Shown: positions 9,405-18,536, counted from the first letter of the stretch. The stretch: 36,667 nucleotides of DNA from Terrimicrobiaceae bacterium (GCA_041752695.1 JBGSVZ010000040.1:1-36667), one strand, 5' to 3'. The notes: generated by a model from the sequence alone, not told the origin. Numbers and translations are program-made.

Positions 9405-11918
9405 CTACGGGGGCTCAGTTGCGAAGGTGATATTTGTCAATTGCGCTGAGGCGCATGCCTCCAAAATTTCGGTGATTCGGGTGTAGGGACAATCGGGGGC
9501 GGCCCGGAGAAGGACGGGGCGTTGAGGGGTTTCCTGACCCCAGGCTTTCAGTTTTTCTTTCATCTGTTCGGCTGTCCAGGTCTCTCCCCCGTAAACAACG
9601 CTGCCATCCGGGCGGATGTTAAGCGTATGCGCCGTTGTCGCATTCAGAGGGACATCGTTCCAAACCATCGTTTTGATGGGTCGTTTGCGGATTTCGAAGC
9701 GGACGACTTGGGAGAGGGGAGTGTCGAAACGGAATTGTTCCGTGCGGACGGTCCCCAATCCGTACTCGGAAAGGCCACGCCGCTCAAGGAGGCGGCCGTC
9801 CCGGGTGTGGGCGACGAAATCCCACTGCTCACTGGCAGTGTCGAGGGTGGTGTCGCGGGTGATTTGCACGAAGGCCATACCGTCGTTCCCCTCTCCTGGA
9901 GCGGTGAGTTGCACGCCTGCGCCCAGAGCGCGAAACCCTTGCCAGTCGGGGGTGAGATGATCCGAAAACTGCCAAGGTCCTCCGCTGTAGTTGAGCTGGA
10001 TTGTAACCTGAGAAGGCGTGGCGCTCATCGTCCCCGCGCAGAGGGTCGCGGTGATCCAGCCGACGTTCTGATTTTCTGGAGTTGCTGATGCCGCGCCGGT
10101 GGCGAGATCTTGAGAGGGGGTGACTAACGGTTTGCCTTCGGGGCCGAGCAATTTGATTTTTTTAACACTTAGGGAATCGATGTCTGACTGGGAAACCCAG
10201 AGACAAAGGAATCTTGGTTCGGCTCCGGCTGCGGAAGTTTCGGACACATTCACGCTCGTGGGCGTGGCCAGGGATAGGGGCACAGCGAGCTCCGAGAGAT
10301 TGTAGGGGGCTCCATTGGCTTTCCAAGCGTTGCCCCCTGCCACATTGTCGAGCCAGGCGAGTGCCCGGAGTTGCGGAGGTTCGTTGGAGACCCCTGGCTT
10401 TCCAGCAGCAGGCGAGATAAGGCGAAGAAGGTCCCCGTCGAGACGCTTGCTTTTCGCAGCGTCCAGCATGCGTTTTGCGATATCGTCGCCCTGACCCGAA
10501 TCCGCGATCTTTTGTGCCCAAGGGAGCGCCTTTTCGAACTGCTCTTGCAGGAGGTAAAGGCGCGTCAGCCCGAACCACGCCGCGGGCGCCTTCGGTGCGG
10601 CGCGGAGCAAAAACTCCTCGGCTTTGCCAAAGTCTCCCCGGCCGAGTGCGATCTGTCCGAGCCCATTCAGCGCCCCGGGTTGATGGGGATTGAGCGCGAC
10701 GGCTTTTTCGAACGCGGGAATGGCTTCGGTGATTTTTCCCGATTTGAACAGGGTCCAGCCCAAGCCGTTCCAGGCGTTGGCATCCTTGGGTTCGCTGTCG
10801 GCCGACGGAGGATAAGTCGCCTCGGATATCGCAAGCTGTCGCTCCTCCCAAAGTCTGCTTCTCACCAAGATAAACACGGAGATCACGAGGAGGGTGAGAA
10901 ACAGGGACACGGCAATCGCCGACCACATACAGCCCCACATAACACGTTTCGTCTTCGGCTTTTCCACTGGCGTCAGCGTTTCCAGTTTTGTCCGAACTTC
11001 GCTCACCTGTTGATACCGGCGGCTGGGGTTTCGTTCCAAAGCGCGCAGGACAATTTCATCCAGGCGTACGTCGATGGAAACTTTGCGGGACGGCGGCTCG
11101 GCTTCGGTTTTTGGCGTTTCGCCCGTGAGCATTTGATAGAAAACGGCACCCAAGGCGTAAATGTCCGCGCGATGGTCCACGTTTTCTGGCGAGGTCACCT
11201 GCTCAGGTGCCATGTAGGCCGGCGTGCCCATCACCTTGCCCGCTTCCGTGAGGTTGGCTGCGCTGGGCTGTCCGTCCGCCGTGTTTTCTGCGATTACACC
11301 TGCGAGCTTGGCGATTCCGAAATCCGCGACCTTCACGCGCCCGAGTCGGTCGAGGAGAATGTTTTCCGGCTTAATGTCGCGATGAACGATGCCCTGATCG
11401 TGCGCGTATTGGAGGGCGTTGCAGATCTCAGGAACGATGGTGAGCGCCTGCGCAGGTTCCATGGGCCCGTCGCGCAGCACCTCCCGAAGGTTCACGCCAT
11501 CGACGAATTCCATCACGAGAAAGAAGAGCCCGTCCGATTCGCCGAAATCGTGAATGGTGACGATCTGCGGGTGATTCAACCTGGCCAGGATTTCGGCTTC
11601 GCGGGAAAAACGGGCGGCAAAGTGAGCGTCGTGTTTCCGCTCCGGCGCGATCACCTTGATCGCCACGACGCGGTTAAGCGATTTCTGTCGGGCTTTGTAA
11701 ACCACCCCCATGCCTCCGCGGCCGAGGCACTCCAGAATTTCGAATTGGGGAAACTTGCCCGCCATTTCTTCGAGGTCCGGCAGGGTCGTGGTATCCACCA
11801 GGCCCCCGGTGCCGCTCAACATTCCTTGGGCCAGCAAACAGGCCGGACACACGTCGTGGGAACTCTCAGGTGGCAGAGGATTGCCGCATTCGGGACAGAT
11901 GGGTGGCGTGTTCATCAC
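9405..11918 (-). CDS. Membrane Ser/Thr protein kinase: Zn-ribbon, kinase, TM, TPR, unknown domain, C-terminal ExbD-like domain
   Basis: CPECG..CPAC; LGRGGMGVVY, HRDIKPEN, DFG, GTPAYMAPE; hydrophobic segment at about aa 327-351; AWNGLGW..AIPAFEKAVALNP TPRs; LNIRPDGSV...VLLRAAPDCPYTRITEILEAC..AQLTNITF. Confidence 0.92.
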   Translation of the reverse strand: MMNTPPICPECGNPLPPESSHDVCPACLLAQGMLSGTGGLVDTTTLPDLEEMAGKFPQFEILECLGRGGMGVVYKARQKSLNRVVAIKVIAPERKHDAHFAARFSREAEILARLNHPQIVTIHDFGESDGLFFLVMEFVDGVNLREVLRDGPMEPAQALTIVPEICNALQYAHDQGIVHRDIKPENILLDRLGRVKVADFGIAKLAGVIAENTADGQPSAANLTEAGKVMGTPAYMAPEQVTSPENVDHRADIYALGAVFYQMLTGETPKTEAEPPSRKVSIDVRLDEIVLRALERNPSRRYQQVSEVRTKLETLTPVEKPKTKRVMWGCMWSAIAVSLFLTLLVISVFILVRSRLWEERQLAISEATYPPSADSEPKDANAWNGLGWTLFKSGKITEAIPAFEKAVALNPHQPGALNGLGQIALGRGDFGKAEEFLLRAAPKAPAAWFGLTRLYLLQEQFEKALPWAQKIADSGQGDDIAKRMLDAAKSKRLDGDLLRLISPAAGKPGVSNEPPQLRALAWLDNVAGGNAWKANGAPYNLSELAVPLSLATPTSVNVSETSAAGAEPRFLCLWVSQSDIDSLSVKKIKLLGPEGKPLVTPSQDLATGAASATPENQNVGWITATLCAGTMSATPSQVTIQLNYSGGPWQFSDHLTPDWQGFRALGAGVQLTAPGEGNDGMAFVQITRDTTLDTASEQWDFVAHTRDGRLLERRGLSEYGLGTVRTEQFRFDTPLSQVVRFEIRKRPIKTMVWNDVPLNATTAHTLNIRPDGSVVYGGETWTAEQMKEKLKAWGQETPQRPVLLRAAPDCPYTRITEILEACASAQLTNITFATEPP

Positions 11919-11927
11919 GAACTGCCC

Positions 11928-11953
11928 TTACCGAAGCAGATTTTTTCGTTACA
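11928..11953 (-). promoter_or_regulatory. ECF-type promoter in front of the kinase
   Basis: TGTAAC-N15-GGTAA, 9 nt before GTG 11918. The same motif occurs upstream of the sigma gene. Confidence 0.55.
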
Positions 11954-11958
11954 AAAAA

Positions 11959-12666
11959 TCATGCTGTGAGCGCGGAAAAGAGCGCGCGCATTTCGTCGTC
12001 CACCAAAGCGTCCGAGGCCAGGGTGCGGCTGAGTTCACGGCGGAGGCCTTCCCGGTAGCGTTTGCGCAGGCGGTGCAGGGCAACTCGCGCCGCGCCTTCG
12101 GTCAGGTTCATTTCGGCGGCGATTTGCGCGTAAGGCAAGGCGGCTCCCCGCACGCTCAGCCAGGTTTTCCAGCGTGCGAAATCCGGCTCGGATCGCGCGA
12201 GATCGTCGAGCACGGTGTCGAGCAAGGCCATCGCCCAGTCGCGGTCGAACAGGCGGTCTGGACTTTGCAAATCCGGTGGGTCCAGGGTAAGCCCAGTTTC
12301 GGCCGCCTTCCAATCGAGGGAGAGATGGACGGCCTGTCCTCCTCGCTTGAGCCGGTGTTGGCGCTGCCAGTCGTTGGCCGCAAAATTTTTCAGGCTGCCG
12401 AGCAGAAAAGCCCGGAACCGGCCCCGGTCGCGATCCGCCAGACGCAGGCCGTTTTGGCTGAGAAGATGGGTGAAGAAGCCCTGCACGAGATCCTCGGCAT
12501 CGGCGGGGGATTTTCCCTGTCGCCGGGTGAAGCGGTAGAGTGGACGCCAGTACGTCAGGAACAAGGCACCGAGTGCTTCGCAGGCGCCTTCGTTGCCACC
12601 TTGCGCGGCCTCGCGGACCAGGGTCCAGCGCGTGGTGGCGAAGATTGTGGATTGGGGGACCGCCAT
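11959..12666 (-). CDS. ECF RNA polymerase sigma factor (kinase-associated type)
   Basis: FATTRWTLV...YWRPLYRF...DAEDLVQGFF...GRFRAFL (region 2); YAQIAAEMNLTEGAARVALHRLRKRY (region 4). Confidence 0.92.
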   Translation of the reverse strand: MAVPQSTIFATTRWTLVREAAQGGNEGACEALGALFLTYWRPLYRFTRRQGKSPADAEDLVQGFFTHLLSQNGLRLADRDRGRFRAFLLGSLKNFAANDWQRQHRLKRGGQAVHLSLDWKAAETGLTLDPPDLQSPDRLFDRDWAMALLDTVLDDLARSEPDFARWKTWLSVRGAALPYAQIAAEMNLTEGAARVALHRLRKRYREGLRRELSRTLASDALVDDEMRALFSALTA

Positions 12667-12674
12667 GGGAGGCA

Positions 12675-12700
12675 CTACCGCAAAAGGAAAAATCTGTTAC
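12675..12700 (-). promoter_or_regulatory. ECF-type autoregulatory promoter
   Basis: GTAAC-N16-GGTAG, 8 nt before ATG 12666. Confidence 0.55.
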
Positions 12701-13410
12701 TGCTGGGCGGATTGGGCTTCCAACCCAGCGGCGGCGCGCCGGGCGATCTCCTGGCGTTCGGTGAGGATCCCGCGCATTTGTTCGCGGAGACGGGCGACAA
12801 CTTCCGGAGGGGCCGTTTGCGGACTCCCCGACTGAAAGGGCGGCTCGGGGCAGCATTCCAGGTAAAGCTGGAGGCCCTGCGCGACGGCTTCACCACGCAG
12901 CAGGACGGCCACTCGCAGCGCGGCATCAATCCCCGAGGTTACGCCCGCGGCCGTGACGAGTCTGCCGTCCATCACAACCCGTCCGTCCACGGGGCGTGCG
13001 CCGAAGCTCGGAAGAAGGTCATGGGAGGCCCAGTGGGTGGTGGCCCGCCGTCCGACCAGCAGGCCGGCGGCGCCGAGGAGCAGCGCACCCGTGCAGATGG
13101 AAAATAGGCACTCCAGACCGACAGACTCGCGGCGCAGAAAGGCCAGTGTTTCCTGGTCCTCCATCAGGCGGTTCACGCCGTTGCCCCCGGGCACAATCAG
13201 CACATCCAGTTTTGAGAGGTTGGCAAAATCCGTGGTCGGCGTAAGCACCAATCCGCGGGCGTCTCGCACGGGCTCCATGGTTTTCCCAAAAATGTGAAAT
13301 GTCGAATTGGGGAGCCGGCTGAGAACTTCAAATGGACCGGTGAAGTCCATTTGATCGAGTTCCTCGAAGACGAAGGCGCCGATCTCCAAGTGGCGGTCTT
13401 CGGGAATCAT
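12697..13410 (-). CDS. DJ-1/PfpI family protein (isonitrile hydratase-like)
   Basis: DFTGPFEVLS, LIVPGG, SICTGALLLGAAGLL.GRRATTHW, VTAAGVTSGID. Confidence 0.92.
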   Translation of the reverse strand: MIPEDRHLEIGAFVFEELDQMDFTGPFEVLSRLPNSTFHIFGKTMEPVRDARGLVLTPTTDFANLSKLDVLIVPGGNGVNRLMEDQETLAFLRRESVGLECLFSICTGALLLGAAGLLVGRRATTHWASHDLLPSFGARPVDGRVVMDGRLVTAAGVTSGIDAALRVAVLLRGEAVAQGLQLYLECCPEPPFQSGSPQTAPPEVVARLREQMRGILTERQEIARRAAAGLEAQSAQQ

Positions 13411-13417
13411 GGTGGGC

Positions 13418-14287
13418 TCAGGCGACGATTTCCGTGCCGATGCCGGCGTTGGTGAAGATCTCCAAGAGCAGGCAGTGGTGGACATTGCCGCCGATCATGT
13501 GGACTTTTTCTACGCCATTCTGCAGCGCTGCGGCGGCCGATTGCACTTTGGGAATCATGCCCCCGCCGATCACCTTGTCTTTGATGAGCGACTCGACCTG
13601 CGCGGCGTGAACGGTTGGAATGAGCGAGTCGCGATTGGCGGGATCCCGCATGATTCCTGGCACATCGCTTGCGTAAATGAGCTTGGAGGCTTTCAGGGCT
13701 GCGGCCAGCGCTGCGGCGGCGATATCGGCATTGATGTTGAGGATGGTTCCGTCGGCTTCCGCGCCGAGAGGGCTGATCACCGGAACGGTTTCCGCCTGGA
13801 TCGTCGCGGCGATGTCGTCGCAAAAAATCGCTGACGCCTCGCCAACAAACCCGATGTCCACTTCCTCGTTCCCCTCCTGCTGCAGTCCCATGCGGGTTGC
13901 GCCGAAAACCTGCCTGCCGGAAAAGCCCCGGGCCTTGCCGCCGTATTTCAGGATTGTCTGGACGATCCGCGGATTGATTTCCTGGTCGAGCGTTTCGGAG
14001 ACAATCGTGATGGACTGGGCGTCGGTCACCCGCAGCCCATTGACAAAACGCGCCTTCAATCCGGCCGTTCGCATTTTGGCGGTGATGGCCTTACCCCCGC
14101 CGTGGACGAGAACGGGATTGATGCCGACCGCCTCGAGGAAAACCACGTCTCGCAGGAAGCGATCCACGATGGAATCTTCCTCCATGGCCGCGCCGCCGTA
14201 TTTGATGACAAAGGTCTGGCCGCGAAATTTTTGAATGTAAGGCAGGGCCTCAATGAGGCTTTCGGAACGGGCTTCAGGAGTGAGCAT
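13418..14287 (-). CDS. argB: Acetylglutamate kinase
   Basis: LIEALPYI...VIKYGG, VHGGG, GLRVTD, NINAD, GGMIPK. Confidence 0.96.
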   Translation of the reverse strand: MLTPEARSESLIEALPYIQKFRGQTFVIKYGGAAMEEDSIVDRFLRDVVFLEAVGINPVLVHGGGKAITAKMRTAGLKARFVNGLRVTDAQSITIVSETLDQEINPRIVQTILKYGGKARGFSGRQVFGATRMGLQQEGNEEVDIGFVGEASAIFCDDIAATIQAETVPVISPLGAEADGTILNINADIAAAALAAALKASKLIYASDVPGIMRDPANRDSLIPTVHAAQVESLIKDKVIGGGMIPKVQSAAAALQNGVEKVHMIGGNVHHCLLLEIFTNAGIGTEIVA

Positions 14288-14291
14288 GAGA

Positions 14292-15473
14292 TTATTCGCC
14301 GAGGTTAAGGCGGACGTATTCCTCGGTGAGATCAGTCGTCCAGACGAGGTGTTCGAAATTGCCGATGCCCAGGTCGATGACAATGCGGAATTCTTTTTTC
14401 GCGGCAATGGCCCGGAGTTTCGCCCATGGTGTTTTCGCCACCACACCGTTTTCGACGATGGGAAGGTCGTTGTAAAAGATGGCGGTTTTTTCCTCCTTCA
14501 TCTTGGCGCCGGAGTACCCCAGCGCGTCCATGACGCGGCCCCAGTTCGGATCGCCTCCCGCCCAGGCGCATTTCGTGAGCGTGGAATTGGCCACGGCCTC
14601 CGCGGCGCGTCGGGCATCCTTCGCGCTGGCGGCTCCGCGGAGTTCGATCTCGACAAATTTGCTCACGCCTTCGCCGTCCTTCACGATCATGCGGGCGAGG
14701 GTTTGGGTGACGAGATCGAGTGCGGCCTGGAAGTCCGCGGCGGGCGGGGTGATGCCGGATTGGCCATTGGCGAGGAGGAGAACGGTGTCATTCGTGCTCA
14801 TATCGCCGTCGATGGTGATGCGGTTGAAGGAAACCTCCACCGAGGCCTTGAGTGCCTTGCGCAGAGCAGGCTGGGGGAGGGCGGCGTCGGTGGTGATGAC
14901 ACACAGCATGGTGGCCATGTTGGGATCGATCATGCCCGCGCCCTTGGCGATGCCACCGATGCGGAACGTGCCGTTTTTAGTCTGCACCTCGATCGCAATC
15001 TCCTTGGGAAAGGTGTCGCTCGTCATGATGGCCTTTGCGCAGGCCAGGCTGTGCGTGCGGCCAAGCGGAAGGCGGGCGACGCCATCCTTGATGCGATCTA
15101 TGGGGAGCGGTACGCCAATGCGGCCGGTCGAGCAGACCAGAACTTCGCGAGGCTGGAGTCCGGCCCGCGCTGCGGCCGCGGCGGCCATTTCCCGCGTGTC
15201 GGCCAGGCCTTGTTCCCCAGTGCAGGCGTTCGCATTTCCGCTGTTGAGGAGGATGGCGCGGGGTTTCCCCGAACGGAGGTGCTCCATCGAAACGCGCACG
15301 GGCGCGGCTTTCACGACGTTCGTAGTAAACGTTCCAGCCGAGGCGCAAGGGACTTCGGAAACAACGAGTGCCGTATCCAGGCGGGGAGCCTGGGGGTTCT
15401 TGATTCCCGAAGATCCGGCGCCACACACAAAGCCCGACGGCGCACAAAGGCCGCCCTTGATTTTTTTCATCAT
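14292..15473 (-). CDS. argJ: Bifunctional ornithine acetyltransferase/N-acetylglutamate synthase
   Basis: NSGNANACTG, STGRIG, KGAGMIDPNMATML, DGDMSTND, DGEG, DPNWGR. Confidence 0.96.
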   Translation of the reverse strand: MMKKIKGGLCAPSGFVCGAGSSGIKNPQAPRLDTALVVSEVPCASAGTFTTNVVKAAPVRVSMEHLRSGKPRAILLNSGNANACTGEQGLADTREMAAAAAARAGLQPREVLVCSTGRIGVPLPIDRIKDGVARLPLGRTHSLACAKAIMTSDTFPKEIAIEVQTKNGTFRIGGIAKGAGMIDPNMATMLCVITTDAALPQPALRKALKASVEVSFNRITIDGDMSTNDTVLLLANGQSGITPPAADFQAALDLVTQTLARMIVKDGEGVSKFVEIELRGAASAKDARRAAEAVANSTLTKCAWAGGDPNWGRVMDALGYSGAKMKEEKTAIFYNDLPIVENGVVAKTPWAKLRAIAAKKEFRIVIDLGIGNFEHLVWTTDLTEEYVRLNLGE

Positions 15474-16498
15474 AAAAGTCCCTCGGTCTCGGCAAATCCG
15501 GCCATAAGGTTGAAATTCTGCACCGCCTGTCCGGCAGCGCCCTTCACGAGATTGTCCTCCGCGCTCAGGATGACGAGGCGTCCGGTCCGCAAATCCTCCC
15601 GCGCGGCAATGTCGCAGAAGTTGGTGAAGTTGACATTTTTTACGTCGGGCAATCCGGCGGGCATCCGCACAAAAGGTTCGTCCTCGTAAGCCGCCTTCCA
15701 GCAGTCCACGACATCAGCCAGGGTCTTTCCTTCAGCCGGAGCGGTGAAGATCGTGGAATGAATTCCGCGATTCATCGGCGCGAGATGCGGAACAAACGTG
15801 ATAGCCACTTTTTCGCCCGCGGCAGAGCTGAGTTCCTGCTCAATCTCGGAGAGGTGACGGTGTTTCGGCAGCCCATAGGCGCGCAGGCTTTCGTTGCACT
15901 CCGCGTAGAGCAAAGCAGTTTCCGCCTTCCGCCCGGCACCGCTGACGCCGCTGGCGCTGCTGGCGATGATTGTCGAAGCCTTGATCAGTCCGGCTTTGAG
16001 CAATGGCACCAATGGAAGCAAAATGCTCGTCGGGTAACATCCCGCCGAGGCCACCAGCCGTGCGCCGGCGATTTTGTCACGATGCAACTCTGGGATGCCA
16101 TAAACCGCTTCCGGCAAGAGATGGCCCGCGCCGTGATCCTCGCCATAAAATTCTTTGTACAGGTCCGCATCCCGCAACCGAAAATCCGCGCTGAGATCAA
16201 TCACGCGTTTGCCCGCCTCAACCAGCGGCGCGGCGAATTCGGACGCCAGACCGTGCGGCAGCGCGAGGAAAATAAACTCCGCGGCGCTTTCGAGAATCTT
16301 CTCCACCGTGGACTCCGTGAAATGCAGCCCGGCGACCGTGGGGATCCCGGACAGCCGGGGGAGTACGTCGGCTGCTTTTTTTCCGGCGTTCTGCCGGGAC
16401 GTCACCGCGGCGACACGGACACGGGGATGCCTGGCAAGAATGCCGCACAACTCCTCACCGGAATATCCATTGGCGCCCACGATGGCCACGTTTGTCAT
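15470..16498 (-). CDS. argC: N-acetyl-gamma-glutamyl-phosphate reductase
   Basis: GANGYSG, FLALPHG, IDLSADFR, GCYPT, SGVSGAGR, DNLVKGAAGQAVQN. Confidence 0.96.
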   Translation of the reverse strand: MTNVAIVGANGYSGEELCGILARHPRVRVAAVTSRQNAGKKAADVLPRLSGIPTVAGLHFTESTVEKILESAAEFIFLALPHGLASEFAAPLVEAGKRVIDLSADFRLRDADLYKEFYGEDHGAGHLLPEAVYGIPELHRDKIAGARLVASAGCYPTSILLPLVPLLKAGLIKASTIIASSASGVSGAGRKAETALLYAECNESLRAYGLPKHRHLSEIEQELSSAAGEKVAITFVPHLAPMNRGIHSTIFTAPAEGKTLADVVDCWKAAYEDEPFVRMPAGLPDVKNVNFTNFCDIAAREDLRTGRLVILSAEDNLVKGAAGQAVQNFNLMAGFAETEGLL

Positions 16499-16594
16499 GG
16501 GGGCACCCTACATGCCTCGCGCATTCTTTTTCAAAGTCGAAATCTTCTCTCTTGAAACCTTTTGAAAGTTGAGAGACTCTCTCCCTCCCTTAAA

Positions 16595-16668
16595 CGGGCT
16601 GTAGCACAGCTTGGTAGTGCGCTTGAATGGGGTTCAAGAGGTCGCAGGTTCGAATCCTGTCAGCCCGA
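16595..16668 (+). tRNA. tRNA-Pro (GGG)
   Basis: CGGGCTG/CAGCCCG acceptor stem, anticodon arm CTTGA-ATGGGGT-TCAAG, T-arm CAGGTTCGAATCCTG. CCA is not encoded. Confidence 0.96.
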
Positions 16669-16674
16669 AATTTT

Positions 16675-16807
16675 TCCGGAGGAAAACCAAATCCTTTCCA
16701 CAGGATGAGAATGCAGTTCGACTGCCCTGCGCGAAAGCGCAAATCGAATTGGCGAAGCCAAAATGCAGATCCCGCAACGCGGGATAATCCTGTCAGCCCG
16801 AAATTTT
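16675..16807 (+). repeat. tRNA-linked repeat unit (133 bp) ending in a second copy of the tRNA-Pro 3' end
   Basis: AATCCTGTCAGCCCGAAATTTT occurs at 16653-16674 and 16786-16807. The DNA between the copies contains four hairpins. Confidence 0.75.
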
Positions 16808-17910
16808 GGCTCTCCGCCAAAAAATGGGGATGAGGTCATTTGTTGGGTTTTTGGTTAGCCGCACTGAGCAATGACGCGCAAGCGGTAGTTGAAAAAGTTT
16901 TTGAAGCCGTAGGCACGGCGTTGGATGAGTTTCATTTTTCTGTGGAAGCCTTCCGTGATGCCGTTGTTCCTGGTAAAACGCCACATGGCGGCGAGCGGTT
17001 CACTCCAAGTTTCCAAGGTTTGAGCCAGGGAGATCAGCGGGGCAAAAGAGCTGTTTTTGAGCTCTTCGATGAAGGCCACCAACTCGCGAGCGGGCTGCCA
17101 GCATTGGCGCCGGGTGAGGTGTTTTCGGTTCATGAGAGTGCGTAGGGCCTGCATTTTTTCGTAGAGGGAACGCAGGGAGGGATAAGCTTCAAAAAGCTTC
17201 TGCAAGCGAAGCTGTTCTTTGGCCGTGAGCCGGTCAGGGCGCTTGCGAAAGGCGGAGAGGAAGCCGCGGTGGCCTTTGATGGTGGGAGCGATCTGGCGGG
17301 CCAGTTCCAGGAAGTGATGGGTGATCAGGCGCACGACATGGAAGCGGTCGGCCACGATCTTGGCGTTGGGAAAGTAGCGTCGGACGAGGCGCCGATACGA
17401 GCTCGAGAGATCGATGCAGACGACCCGCACCTTCTCACGGCCCTGCAGCTTGGAAAGGAAGCCCGCCAGTTCGCTCTCGCTGCGCCCTGGCACGATGTCG
17501 AAAATGCGCCGGTACTTCAGGTCGCTGAGGCACAGATGCCTTCGTGGTGGTCCCGGTAGATCGTCTCCCGCCACGGCTCCGTGCTGCGCCGCCAGGGCCG
17601 CAGCCCAGGCGTATCGGACACAAAGCTGCGCCCACACTCCCGGCACTCCCAGCGCCGCATCTCGATGATCAGACGGCTTGCCCGACCAAAAACATCCAGG
17701 TGCCGCGCCCGTCTCCGGTAGCGGCCCTTGCTCACGATCCACGGACTTGAGCAGTGCCGACATCTCGTCGCCTCCCGCTCAAGTTCCAAATACACGTCTT
17801 CTCCTTCGTTGCTTTCGCTCCGCACTTCGCGGTAGCCTTCTCCTCCTATACACACCGGGGCCATGTTGGTCGTTCTTCGACCTCATGGCCCCACTTTTTG
17901 ATCAAGAGCC
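16808..17910 (-). mobile_element. ISL3-family insertion sequence (internally deleted)
   Basis: Terminal IRs GGCTCTCCGCCAAAAAATGGGG (16808) and GGCTCTTGATCAAAAAGTGGGG (minus strand, from 17910) flank a broken ISL3 transposase. Confidence 0.9.
16855..17864 (-). pseudogene. ISL3 transposase, frameshifted with an internal deletion
   Basis: The N-part (17864-17517) has the zinc finger CRHC...WECREC. The C-part, in another frame, has VVCIDLS, IVADRFHVV, NNGITEGFHRKMKLIQRRAYGFKNF. The segment with the first catalytic Asp (GIDE) is absent. Confidence 0.85.
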
Positions 17911-17964
17911 AAAAATCTCGGTTCTCCAGAGGGTTTCCCAGGGCTTTTCCGCAAAAACGAAAAA

Positions 17965-17990
17965 GTGGAGGCGAGGGGAGTCGAACCCCT
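17965..17990 (-). other. 3'-end fragment of tmRNA (or an Ala-identity tRNA): att-site scar at the island boundary
   Basis: Minus strand reads AGGGGTTCGACTCCCCTCGCCTCCAC: a T-arm plus the 3' acceptor strand with discriminator A. There is no matching 5' portion nearby, and the DNA becomes AT-rich immediately to the right. Confidence 0.7.
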
Positions 17991-18178
17991 ATTCCCAACA
18001 GAGTAAAACACCCATTTTATGGCCTTATATACTAATTATATACCGAAATTTACAAGGTTTCGATTGAAGTACGGCCCACCGATCTCAGATTCATAATGGA
18101 AAGTTGTGTGTATTGCGAGGCGTTCCACTGGTTCCAAAAGGGTGTCGTTTTCGTGAAATGGCCAACACCGGGCTGTTT

Positions 18179-18240
18179 ATGATCGCTGACATTCCGTCTA
18201 TATATACGAGCGTTGACATTTTTTAATTGTCAATGATCGT
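18179..18240. promoter_or_regulatory. Putative HipB operator boxes and promoter
   Basis: ATGATCGCTGACA (18179-18191), ACGAGCGTTGACA (18206-18218, contains TTGACA) and the inverted copy TGTCAATGATCGT (18228-18240). Confidence 0.6.
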
Positions 18241-18260
18241 TTACTTGGTAAGGTGCGCCC

Positions 18261-18536
18261 ATGATTCTTCATTCCGCGAAAGAAGTGGGCGCATTGGTTC
18301 GGGATCGGCGAACTGGACTCGGACTGAGCCAACTGCAACTCGCCGAGAAGGTCGGGGTGAGCCGGGTATGGATGGTGCAGTTCGAGAGGGGAAAACCCAA
18401 TGCACAGCTAGGCTTGGTTTTGCGGACATTGCGGGAACTTGGAGTTCCGCTTAAAGCGGAAGTTGATCAAGACTCCCACAGTTCGAGGAAGATCGATCTC
18501 GGATCAATCATCAACCGGAACTTGGAAAATCCATGA
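18261..18536 (+). CDS. hipB: HipB-like XRE antitoxin
   Basis: VGALVRDRRTGLGLSQLQLAEKVGVSRVWMVQFERGK HTH; ATGA overlap with hipA. Confidence 0.85.
   Translation: MILHSAKEVGALVRDRRTGLGLSQLQLAEKVGVSRVWMVQFERGKPNAQLGLVLRTLRELGVPLKAEVDQDSHSSRKIDLGSIINRNLENP

Noticed and set aside
16675..16807. Prophage or island between tRNA-Pro direct repeats
   Set aside because: Only 111 bp lie between the repeats and they have no coding capacity.
17942..17968. GGCTTTTCCGCAAAAA...AAAAAGTGG resembling another ISL3 end
   Set aside because: The match is short and imperfect, with no associated transposase sequence.
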